DNA of 64,000 nt, taken from the NCBI GenBank assembly GCA_043228905.1, contig JBHGNT010000005.1:12710001-12774000 (forward strand), written 5' to 3'. The position numbers and the translations under genes are program-made. The first letter of the stretch is position 1; the number at the start of each line of letters is the position of its first letter. A model generated the notes under the pieces. It did not search any database. It saw only the letters and a program-made list of their open reading frames with translations, and was not told the origin of the DNA. Positions 1 to 11,600 of the stretch are shown here, in pieces. The DNA is from Azolla caroliniana (lineage: Eukaryota; Plantae; Polypodiophyta).

Positions 1-470
1 GATCGAGATTCCAAGTTTACTAGTGACTTTTGGACTCAAGTCTTTAAGAAACTAGAAACTACGTTGAGCATGAGTTCCGCAGATCATCCTCAGTCTGATG
101 GAGAAACTGAACGAGTTAATCAAATTATTGAAGACATGCTTCGAGCTTATGTAGCAAAAACCCCTTCTAAGTGGGAGCAATACCTTCCTATCTTAGAATT
201 TGCCTATTATAGCTCTAAACATACATCCACTAGATATAGTCCTTTTATGTTGATGTATGGTTTTTAGCCACGTGCCCTAGTTGATGTCACGATTCATCGT
301 GATACATTAGACAATACACACAATTTTTTGCAAGACATGAACCAAATGTTGTATATTGCCAAAGAGAATGTCAAGACAACTCAAGATCATGCTTGATTTT
401 ATGTTGATCAGGATAGACATCCTCGTGCATTTACTATTGGTCAAAAAGTTTTTTTAAGATTGCTTAAAGT
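1..470 (+). pseudogene. Degenerate Ty3/Gypsy (chromovirus-like) integrase, 5' piece; host of the Penelope-like insertion
   Basis: ORF 64-267 has HPQSDGETERVNQ..EDMLRAYV and LEFAYY..KHTST.YSPF. With stops it continues to GQKVFLRLLK at ~468, then resumes at 18716. Confidence 0.85.
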
Positions 471-699
471 GTGCGACACTTCATCGGGGGTTGTTTGGGG
501 TGGACTCAAGTTTAGATCTTATTTGTATGTCTAAACATAAGTAATGATATAGTTTTAGAAGAATAGAAAAGTGAGGGCATGGGTGGGGGTTAGGGGAGTG
601 TAGCTTGTTGAAGTTATCAAAAGTATTTAAACCTAATCAAAGTTTTTAGAACATATTAAAGATCATTGGGATAACTTAAGTTATTAGACACCAATAAAG

Positions 700-1300
700 T
701 ACTATTAAAACACCAATATAGAGTATTATTAAAACGGGACCACACGCTTAGATGAACGGGAGTTGTTTAAACACACGCTTAAGCAAACACTTAAAAGAAA
801 GATTATTATAAAAAAATAAAAATAAAAATAGAAAAGAGAGATTGAGATTAAAAAATGATTATGGTTAAGAAGGGATTATGATTAAGGGGGAAGGGGTTTC
901 TAAACAAAGTACTTAAACGAATGTTTAAACAAATATTTAGATAAGAAAACACTTGGGCAAACACTTAACGCAAGGTTATGATTAAAAGAGAAGGGAGGGA
1001 TTATGGTTAAAGAAAAGGGGTCATGGTTGAGAAGAGAATGATTATGATTAAGAGAGGAGAATACTTAAACAAATGTTTAAACAAAAAGTTAAACCTAAAA
1101 ATGATTGAACAAGTACTTAAAAAAAAGGGGGTTAAACAAGTACGTAATAAAAATGATTATTAAACAAGTACTTAATAGAAAATGATTAAATAAATACTTA
1201 AAAACTTAAGACAAAAAAAATTTGATAAAAAAGTGATTAAACAAGTACTTAATAAAAATTTATTAAATAAGTACTTAAGAACTTAAAACAAAAAATTAGA
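700..1300. repeat. AT-rich degenerate tandem repeats in the PLE 3' UTR
   Basis: Recurrent TTAAACAAGTACTTAA and ATGATTATGGTTAAG-like units. Confidence 0.6.
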
Positions 1301-1349
1301 TAAGAGCAACACATAGAGGGAAAGAAAGTTTTACTATCATAAGGCAACG

Positions 1350-1395
1350 ATCGGCAAATGCATTTCGCCTCGATGGAGGCTCTTCAGTGCCCGAT
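1350..1395 (-). ncRNA. Minimal type-I hammerhead ribozyme
   Basis: Minus strand reads AUCGGGCA-CUGAAGA-GCCUC(CAUC)GAGGC-GAAA-UGCA-UU/UGCCGAU. This gives a CUGANGA/GAAA core, perfect 5-bp stem II, palindromic AUGCAU stem III, an AUU cleavage triplet (predicted cut between 1357 and 1356), and stem I with one bulged G. Stem I can extend out to 1327/1413. Confidence 0.9.
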
Positions 1396-1557
1396 GTACA
1401 AATGATGAAAACTAAGCCTACTAGGTTGCTCTTTTTATAGGGAGAGGGAGGAGAGTCCTTTGTATGTGGGACATACAAAAGTGTGTACAAAAAGAAGGTA
1501 AAAGAGTGTACACAAGACTTTAGGTGGGGGTTAAGAGGGGTGAGAGTACATAAAACA

Positions 1558-1983
1558 TTAGGTGGGGGGAAAGGATGCGTGTACTAGGTGGTTTCTTAGT
1601 TTTTTACCATTTAGCCAACACGTGAGAGGGGGTGTAAGGGAACTGTATTGTGGTTGTCCTAGAAGGGGTTTAAGTTTGTTTCTCACGAGCGCTCCGATTT
1701 GGAGTTTTTTGATACATGGGGAGTAACGAAGCTTAAAAACAATGGGTGGAGGTTTTTTGTTGTTGGGTTGGTTAGAGAGTAGTTGGTTTCGTATGGAGTA
1801 GGGGACGGTCGAAAAACACTTGAGTAGGAACTTCGATGGGTAGCCCCTAGCTCTTAGGCGGTCATAGAACTTTTTGCGTAGTTCCATGTAGCCATTTTCC
1901 GAGCTCTCCCGGATAGCATACCATTTTAGTTCTCCCGTGATGAAGCCCTTTTTGTGTGCTATGGGGTGCGAGGATTTCTACGG
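1558..1983 (-). pseudogene. Penelope-like RT C-terminal (thumb/CTE) segment
   Basis: S.HP...KKGFITGEL, RLRARGYP and a terminal LRNHLVHASF, then a stop at 1558-1560. Confidence 0.85.
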
Positions 1984-3850
1984 TGTCGCGTTACTACGCG
2001 CGTGCGTGGAGAAACGAGGCGGAACCACCGGGGTCTTGAACCGAAGAGCAGGTGATAGAAGGGGAAAGAGAAAGAGAGAGACTCCCGGTTGCGTATGAGC
2101 AAAGGAACACAGGGGCACGGCCCTTCAACGCAGAAGGCACGAACGAACACAGAGACAGAGAGACATGAATGTGTATATATTAACGAATAACAAAATAAAC
2201 AACAGAGCACGCGAGCGGTTACAACCGAACAGGTCGGCGAACAGATGCCGATGCCTGTTCGTCTGCGCACAAAAGGGAAAAAGGATGGAGGTGCTGTCGG
2301 AAGCACACGGGCGTTCCTCGAAGCAGCGCGGGCCTCCCGAACCTGCAGAGAAGAGCGATGGAGAACAAACAGAGGAGAAGCGTTCGGTTACGGTCCGACA
2401 GCACTTCGTCCTCCTCAATGCGCGATCCCCTTCTCCCTGTGTCCCCCTTTCTTTTATAGCTTCAGGAAGGGAGTCGTCTCCCTCATTTACTTCCTACCTA
2501 CCGAATCTAACTACCCTGGATATGCCTATGTACCTAATTCCCTATTATATACATTAAAAGGGCGCGCACGCGTGAAGAGCCGGTTCATGCACGCTATGCA
2601 CCGTTTGCTCTAAGGGACAGTTTTCTTCATGACATCCGCCCCCACCTAACTGCGCATCCACCGGTATGCGCCAAAATTGTGCTCTGGTTGGAGAAAACTG
2701 GTCCGGGTTCCGGTTCTTCGTCCATCGGTTCGTCCTCCGTTTTGGACTATTCGTCGTCGCTATCTAGGCCTCTTAGATCCGGTTCGCCGTCCTGGCGCTT
2801 CTTGAACGCTTTGATCCGCTTCCCTGCTACCGATATCACCATCCTCGTACCGTCGAGTTCCGCCAGATGATACGTCCCGTTGTTGTTGGCGCTCGTTACC
2901 ACGTAAGGCCCGAACCACCGCTTTGCAAACTTCCGTGTTGCTCGGTGCTGTTTGTCGAGGCTGCTATCGTAGACTAGCACCTAGTCCCCTTCCTCGATTT
3001 TCTTCGGTCGGAGCCGGTGCATTCGGTCGAACCGGGCTTTGTTCTTCATCCTCGCCATCCGAAGTCTCTCCGCCGCTCGTTCCACGTCCTCTGGCCTCCG
3101 CTCGAGCTGCCGTATACGCGCCGCTAGCAGTTCTTCCCGACTCATCTTGTCTCTCCAGTCTACTGTCACCCAAGAGGAGATCGTCCGTTCCATCAGCATG
3201 ATCGGCTTCTGTCCGAACATGAGCTCGGACGGCATGAACCCGATTACCAAACTGTGTGTTGTCCGGTCCGCCCACAAGGCATAGGGTAACAGTCGTGGCC
3301 AGTTCCTGACCTGTCCTTCGCACGCCCGGACTAGCGCTTTGACGATCGGTCCGTGCCCGCACTCCACCTTCCCGTTCGCCTCCGGATTGTACGCTGTGGT
3401 GAGCGAGAGCTTGACCCCTAACCGGTTGAACAGCTCCTCGGCCTCTTCGGCGTCCAACTCCCCGCGGTCAGCCACGATCTTTCTGACATACCCGTACCGG
3501 CATATCACGTCCTCGATCAGGAACCGACACACGGCCGCGGTCATTTTGTTCTGCAGGGCTCGGCCTTCCACCTGGTTCGTCAGGTCCTCCCGGGCCAGCA
3601 CTAGATATCGCATCTGCCCTACACCCATCGGCATCGTCACCAAATCTACCATCCATTTGAAGTGGATGGCCGGAGGGTATGTAAGGTGAAGCTCGTCCCG
3701 ATGTCGGACTATGGAGTGCATCTGACAGCTCTCACAAGTTGTCACGAACCGATGTACATCCCGGTACAGTCCTGGCCACTAGTACTGTTGGGATTTCGGT
3801 CCCTCCGGATGGGATGTCCGGAAATGAATGACGGCAAGCCCGGTTGCGGT

Positions 3851-4035
3851 TACGGAGCCGGATGAAGAAGACCCTGGCTACGGAGCCGGATGAAGAAGAC
3901 CCCGGCTACGGAGCCGGATGATGAAGACCCCGGCTACGAAACCGGATGAAGAAGACCCCGGCTACGGAGCCGGATGATGAAGACCCCGGCTACGGAGCCG
4001 GATGATGAAGACCCCGGCTACGGAGCCGGATGACG
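3851..4035 (+). repeat. 28-bp tandem repeat in the U3 region of Copia B
   Basis: Unit GGAGCCGGATGAWGAAGACCCCGGCTAC. About 6 units in the 5' LTR and about 5 in the 3' LTR (~8699-8855). Confidence 0.9.
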
Positions 4036-4549
4036 AATGTACCCGGAGAGAGAGATCCGGATGCGGGGACATATCTGTGAATATGTTTGCCAAGGGCCCT
4101 TGAGGCTATATTTGTAAATAGCCCGAAAGTCATATGTGTATAAATATGACTTAGGGCAAACTGTTCTTGTTGCTGGTTGTTGTTGCTCATTTTCTGTTTT
4201 TTTCTAGAGGGAGCTAAGTGAGAGCAGCCGAGAGAGAGAGAGAAAGAGAGACGAAGGGGTGGTTGCCTCAGTGTATTACCGCCGTCTGTGGCGAAGACAG
4301 TGAGCCCAAGGTCGTTGCCTTGTAGCTTCACCATTGTACATCCCTGCTTATAGTGATAGTTGGAGTTTGAGGACTCCCGTGGTTTTTTCCCATTTTAGGG
4401 TTTTTCCACGTAAAACATCCTGTGTACTACTCTCTCCATTATCTTCGTGCATTTGTGTTCCCTGTTTTCTGTGAGTTAATCCTATTTATCGGTTGTGGCC
4501 GAGCATTGGGTTTCAACAAAGTGGTATCAGAGCGACGGTAACACAGAAA

Positions 4550-7500
4550 ATGGAAGGCGGCGGTAGTGGGCCTCCGGGCATGATGGTGTTGAACTCACAG
4601 AACTACGCCGACTGGAAGATAAAGATGGAAGACCTTCTCATCGTCCGAGACCTGTACGAACCGATCGACAGTGCCGAGATACCCAAGGGGGTAATAGAGT
4701 CGGAGTGGAAGCTCCTGAACCGGAAAGTCGTAGCGACGATCCGGCAATATGTCGATGTAAGTGTCCTGCAACATGTGGCGAACGATACGAACGCCTATGA
4801 GATGTGGAAGAAGCTGTCGGGCCTCTATGAGAGGAAGAATGCGTTGAACCGGACCTCCCTGATGAGGAAGATAGTGAACCTCAAGTACCGGGACGGCGAG
4901 AATATGGTGGAACACGTGAGCACGTTCATGGGATTCGTGAACCAGCTTGCGGCGATCAAGTTCCCGTTGGAGGATGCAATGCAAGCCATCATTCTGATGT
5001 GTACATTGCCGGAAAGCTGGGAGAACTTGGTGGTGACTCTCAGCACCTCCTGCACCGAAGATAACTTGTCTCTACAAACGGTAAAGACAAGCATTTTGAA
5101 CGAAGAAGCGCGTCGGAGAGATAAAGAACCGGCCTCCGACTCGAAGGCGCTGCTTACCGAATCGGAACGGGGAAGACAATGGAACCGGAGTCCGCAAAGA
5201 CGGGAGAAGTCGGGGACCCGGTCGCAGTCAAGAGGAAGACCCACATGCTTCCACTGTGGGAAGCCGGGACACTTCCGGAAGAATTGTCGGCATTACCGAA
5301 AAGACAACGGAGCCGACGACACCGATTCGAAGAAGTCACCGGAGAGAAACGGTGCATACCGGGGAGCCACGGACCGGAGAGGACCGGATCGGCGAGGGCA
5401 GGACCGGAAAGGAACGACGGCACTCGCGGCAAGTGAAGAAGAGATAATGCTCATTACCGAAGAGAGGGAGCTGAACCTTGCCGGGGTAGAGATGACCTGG
5501 GTGGTCGATTCCGGAGCGTCGTTCCACCTGACCCCGGAGAAGAAATACTTCTCATCCTACACAGCCGGTGAGCACGGCTGTGTCCGGATGGGAAATGAAG
5601 GCACATGCCGGATTGCCGGCATAGGAGACGTGTGGCTGATGACATCAACCGGATGCAAGATGCTGCTGAAGGATGTTCGACACGTTCCGGAGGTCCGATT
5701 GAACCTGATCTCGGCCGGGAGGCTAGATGATGAAGGCTACACGGGTAGCATCCGGAACGGTGTCATGAAGTTCAGCAAGGGGAGCCTGATAGTGGCTCGG
5801 GCCCGGAAGGTCAACACACTGTACCTGATGAATTCCCGACTATGTCCGGAGGAGCTGAACGTGGCAGCCGACACTGCCGGTGAGCTGTGGCACAAGAGAC
5901 TGTGCCACATGAGTGAGAAGGGGATGAAGAGGCTTGCAGAAGACAACCTTATTCCAGTGAAGCATGTGCACCTGGAGAAGTGCACCGACTGCCTGGCCGG
6001 TAAGCAAAACAGAACCTCCTTCCACTCAAGGCCACCGACGAGACGTAGCGCACCATTGGAGTTGGTGCACACTGACGTGTGTCAAGTAGAAACGAAGTCA
6101 CATGGCGGAGCCCAGTACTTCGTGACATTCATTGATGACCACAGCCGGAAGCTGTGGACAGCACCGTTGAAGACAAAGGACCAAGTATCGTCCGTCTTCA
6201 AAGAACTCCACGCGAGAGTGGAAAGGGAATCCGGCAAGAAGTTGAAAGCGATACGAGCGGATAACGGAGGGGAATACCGGGGGCAGTTCGAGGAGTACTG
6301 TCGCTCGAAGGGAATCCGGCTCGAGTTTACTGTGCCGAAGACGCCGGAACTGAACGGGCTGGCCGAGAGGATGAACCGGACCATAATGGAGAGGGTCCGG
6401 AGTATGCTGGCGCATGCGAAATTACCCAAGGGGTTTTGGGCTGAGGCAATGTCGACGGCGACATACGTGATAAACAGATCACCCTCAGTACCTTTGGACG
6501 GAGACACGCCGCAGAGAGTGTGGACCGGTAGGGAAGTATCCTACCGGCATCTGAAGGTGTTCGGGTGTCTCGCATACGTGCATGTGGCAAAGGACCGGAG
6601 AGGAAAGCTAGATCCAAAGACCCGGCCATGCATATTCCTCGGTTATGGCGATGATGAGTTCGGCTACCGAGTATGGGACCCGGTCGACAGAAAGATATTC
6701 CGGAGTCGTGATATCATCTTCATGGAGGACAAGACACTCGCCGACTGGGAGTCGGAGAAGAAGATGAAGAGCTCCAAGTCGACCGGTGAGGATCAACTCT
6801 ACGAGGAACAGTCCCGACCGGCAAGGGACCGGTTAGCACTCGAGGATCTGGCCGAAGACGGTGAAGAAATAGAATCGGCCGAGGAAGATGAAACTGATAC
6901 CGGAACCGGCCCCGATCCCGAAATGGATTCGGATGAAGAAGAAACGGAGGAGCCGGTTACCGAAGCTCCGGAACGGAGATATCCTCTAAGAGAGAGAAGG
7001 GCCCCCCGGAGATTTCCGGAACCAGAGCACGTGCTGCTAACCGACGAGGGGGAGCCGGAGAGTTTTGAAGAAGCAAAGCTTGACAACCATAGCCGCAGGT
7101 GGTTAAGTGCCATGCAGGAGGAGATGGATTCCCTGCATGAGAACCACACATATGAACTTGTGGAGTTGCCGAAAGGTAAGCGGGCACTTCGAAACAAGTG
7201 GGTGTTCAAGCTGAAACCGGGAGATGCCGGAAACCCCCCGAGATACAAAGCCAGGATCGTAGTGAAGGGGTTCCAGCAGAAGAAGGGCGTCGACTTCGAC
7301 GAGATATTTGCCCCGGTAGTGAAGATGACCTCCATACGGACGGTGCTGAGCATAGCGGCAAGCATGGACCTCGAGGTAGAACAGATGGACGTGAAGACGG
7401 CATTTCTTCACGGTGACCTCGAAGAAGAGATCTACATGCAGCAACCGGAAGGATTCGAGAAGAAAGGGAAGGAGCACCTGGTATGCCGGTTGAAGAAGAG

Positions 7501-8623
7501 CCTTTACGGACTGAAGCAGGCTCCCCGGCAATGGTACCGGAAGTTGGACTCCTTCATGACCGACGAAGGGTACCACAAAACGCAGTCCGACCACTGCGTG
7601 TTTGTGAAGAAGTTCGAAGGAGGAGACTCTCTAATACTCCTCCTGTACGTGGACGACATGTTGATCGTCGGACGGGACCAGGGCAAGATACGGATGCTGA
7701 AGAAAGCACTTCACCGAACCTTCTCAATGAAGGACCTGGGTCCGGCGAGGCAAATACTAGGGATGCATATCATCCGGGACCGGAAGAAGAAGCAGTTGTG
7801 GCTGTCACAGGAGAAGTACGTGACAAAGGTGCTTCATCGGTTCAACATGTCGGAAGCAAGACCGGTCGGATCAACTCTCCCGGCAAACTGCAAGTTGTCC
7901 AGCAAGCAAAGCCCCAAGACAAAGGCTGAGAAAGAGGACATGATGAAAGTACCATATGCCTCCGCCGTCGGAAGCTTGATGTACGCAATGGTATGTACAA
8001 GACCGGACATAGGATATGCAGTCGGAGTGGTGAGCCGGTACATGAGCAATCCCGACAAAGAGCACTGGAACGCGGTCAAGTGGATACTCCGATACCTGAA
8101 GGGCACGGCAAACGTGTGCCTCCGATTCGGCTCCTGTAAGCCCGAACTCGACGGCTTTACCGACTCGGATATGTCGGCTGATGCAGATACCAGCCGGTCC
8201 ACATCTGGGTATGTGATGACGTATGCAGGGGGAGCTGTCTCGTGGCAGTCGAGGCTGTAGAAGACGGTTGCATTGTCAACCACGGAGGCGGAGTACATGG
8301 CGGCTGTTGAAGCCGGCAAGGAAATAATATGGATGAAGGACTTCATTAGAGAGCTCGGTATCCGGCAGGAGGAGTTCCGACTCTACTGTGACAGTCAGAG
8401 TGCCATCCACCTTGCGAAGAACGCGGCCTATCACTCCCGGACGAAGCACATCCAGCGAAGATATCACTGGATCCGGGAAAGGATAGAAGACCAGGAGTTC
8501 GTGCTGACGAAGATCCACACGGACGAAAACGGGTCAGACATGCTGACCAAAGTGCTCACACCCGACAAGCTGGAAGCGTGCCGGAAGAAGGTCGGACTGG
8601 AAAGACATCCCATGCCGAAGTGA
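4550..8623 (+). pseudogene. Copia gag-pol polyprotein with one premature stop (8258-8260)
   Basis: CCHC zinc knuckle, protease WVVDSGAS, GAG-pre-integrase, rve, RVT_2 (YVDD) and RNase H. The TAG corresponds to CAG in sister copy F. Confidence 0.95.
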
Positions 8624-11600
8624 AGGGGGAGTTTGTTGGGATTTCGGTCCCTCCGGATGGGATGTCCGGAAATGAATGACGGCAAGCCCGGTTGCGGTTA
8701 CGGAGCCGGATGAAGAAGACCCCGGCTACGGAGCCGGATGATGAAGACCCCGGCTACGGAGCCGGATGAAGAAGACCCCGGCTACGGAGCCGGATGATGA
8801 AGACCCCGGCTACGGAGCCGGATGATGAAGACCCCGGCTACGGAGCCGGATGACGAATGTACCCGGAGAGAGAGATCCGGATGCGGGGACATATCTGTGA
8901 ATATGTTTGCCAAGGGCCCTTGAGGCTATATTTGTAAATAGCCCGAAAGTCATATGTGTATAAATATGACTTAGGGCAAACTGTTCTTGTTGCTGGTTGT
9001 TGTTGCTCATTTTCTGTTTTTTTTCTAGAGGGAGCTAAGTGAGAGCAGCCGAGAGAGAGAGAGAGAGAGAGAGACGAAGGGGTCGTTGCCTTAGTGTATT
9101 ACCGCCGTCTGTGGCGAAGACAGTGAGCCCAAGGTCGTTGCCTTGTAGCTTCACCATTGTACATCCCTGCTTATAGTGATAGTTGGAGTTTGAGGACTCC
9201 CGTGGTTTTTTCCCATTTTAGGGTTTTTCCACATAAAACATCCTGTGTACTACTCTCTCCATTATCTTCGTGCATTTGTGTTCCCTGTTTTCTGTGAGTT
9301 AATCCTATTTATCGGTTGTGGCCGAGCATTGGGTTTCAACAAGTACTTCCCCTTTAGTTTCTCGAATGTGGCCCACGTCCCACGGTGTCCAGCCCAGGGG
9401 CTGTTGTGGTAGGCCTTCAGCAACTCCTCTTGTTCCTCCTCCATTGCCACTACTCGGAGCGGGATGCCGTTTCTCTTCTTCGGGTGCTTCCACAAGTATC
9501 CGTCCTGGAGAAAGAATCGGTATGCTTTCTTCCGGATCCGGTTGGCCTCGTCCTTTGTCCATGACGCGTCCGGCGTCATCGTCCTCAAGAATCCCCCAAT
9601 CTACGGCCACTCCCCGTCGTACTTGCTCTTGTTGAAATCGTTAAGCGCCGGAGTGCTCCCCCCCTCGGTTGTTACGTAAGCCGCCTCGAAGAAGTCCACG
9701 CCGACTTCCTCGTCCTCCGAAACCATGCCGCCCTCGTCGTCGAATCGCGCCCTCGAAAGCATGTCGGCCATGGCATTGTCTTTCCCGGAAATGTGTCGTA
9801 TTTCCGGATCCAGGGACTTGATGTACGCTATCCACCTAAGCATTGCCAGGTTCGGGGTTGCGCATCCGGAAACCATGCTGAGAATCGGCAGGCAGTCCAT
9901 CTCGATAATCACTTCTGTCCCAATCAGATAGTCTTTATCGGCCTTTACCGCCGAAACGATACCCCAAAGTTTGCGTTTAACCTGGGCGTATCCTCGCTGC
10001 CGCTCGCTGAGGACCTTCGCGCCGAACCGGATTGGGAACCAAATACCGTCCTCATCTTCTTGGTTGACGACCCATCTGATCCCGGTCGGACTTGTATCTA
10101 CCGTTATGTAGATGGGGGTGCCTTTCTCGTAGACAGCCTTCCGGAGCGCCGGAGCTGCAGCAAGAGCCTCCTTCATTTTTCGGACCGACTCCGTATGCTC
10201 GACTCGCCACTCGAATTTTCACCCCTTTTTCAGCAACCTGTATAGCGGCTCGGCAACGTGGGCGTAATGCGGGATCCATATGTGGTAGAACGCGCATACT
10301 CCCAAGAACCTACGCACCTCCATGACTGAGTTACAATCGGGCTTCATTGCGGAGATGACTTCCACCTTAGCCGGAGACGGTTTCCGGCCATACGGTTCGC
10401 ATAGATGTCCGACAACCATGATCTCTGGTTGCCCGAAGGCCGCTTTCTCCCCGGAGAAGGTGAGCCTCGCATCCTCTAGCCTCTGTAGTACCCTCTCGCA
10501 GTCGTCAATGTGTGTCGCCACGAATATCCGGCATCCATCCGGTCTGATCGTTTCCCTTGATCGGGATGTCGTCCAAGAATGGCATGGTGATGTCCGGGAT
10601 ACAATCCCTCAGCATCTTGTTCATCGCATTCACCATGTGGGCCACCGAGTTTGTCCCTCCATGTGGCAAGGTACACATCCGCACTAGGCCGAGAGGGGTC
10701 CGCATCGTCGTAATGTATCTGGTCTCTACGACTAGTTGGAACTGGTCGTACCCCGAGTACAGATCACCGACCGAGTAGATCGACCTTCCGGCGAAGGCCT
10801 CCGCGAACTCGTCTATCGTTGGCCCGATTCCTGCGTTCCGAATGGTCACTCTGTTGACCGGTTGCAGGTCTTGAATGAAGCGCAACGTCCCGTTCTTCTT
10901 CGGTATGGTAAACCACCGGTTCGAGTACGGGGCACTCGACGGTTCGAGGATGCCCATATCGACTTTCTGCCTCAATAACTCCATCAGCTCCGGGATGTGA
11001 GCTCTCGGTACCGAAATTGGCTTGAGATTCCACGGCACATGTGGTACCGTGAATATCACCATCGGCTTCACGACTGTCGGGTCTACGCACCCGATCTCCC
11101 CCAGCGAGAATGCGAAGGCTTTCCCGTGCCTTCCGAGCATTCTCCGAAACCGGTCTTCTTCCGCCGGCAGTAGGAACCCGCCCCCACCGATTTTGAGCTC
11201 CCGTAGCGTTCTGTCGGTGAAGGCGTGCCCTATGCAGGCCGGATCTCGTAAACTGGGGTCCGACGCGACCCCCTTGATTCGCAACTCGCTGCCCTCCGGT
11301 AAGGGTGCCGCGACTGGCCTTACCTTCCGGTCCACAGTCTTGTACTTCGTGTTAACCCGAGCCCTCGACTGAAGTCCGCAATGACTTCGTACATCTCTTC
11401 CGAACAAACCGGTATCGTCCGGTCCTCCTTAAGGCCCTCTCCGACCACCTCTCGCAGTATTCCCAAGGTATCGTCAAAGGAGACCGCCTCCATGGCTCCG
11501 TTGATTCCCTCGCTGGGCCCGAGAACTCCGCACGCCCGAAGTCGCTCATCCGCCCTTGTCTTTTCTCGGCCTACAACGCCGACTATCGTACACCCTCCGT

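Larger units (their letters stand above)
3786..9341 (+). mobile_element. Young Copia LTR retrotransposon B (Tnt1/Tork-like), nested in the integrase of Gypsy A
   Basis: LTRs at 3786-4518 and 8634-9341. 5-bp TSD AGTAC. PBS TGGTATCAGAGC (tRNA-iMet) at 4522-4533 and PPT at 8622-8631. Confidence 0.97.

Noticed and set aside
575-600. Interstitial telomere array
   Set aside because: Only a single TTAGGG-like unit within G-runs, with no tandem TTTAGGG.
1959-2613. ORFs within the Gypsy A LTRs (repeated at 13886-14525)
   Set aside because: Short overlapping ORFs in GC-rich LTR sequence. Their duplication is explained by LTR identity.
3851-4035. 28-bp repeats as a CRISPR array
   Set aside because: Head-to-tail units with no unique spacers, located inside LTRs, with no cas genes.
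8258-8260. Programmed stop read-through before RNase H in Copia B
   Set aside because: Sister copy F has CAG here, so this is a simple C>T mutation.
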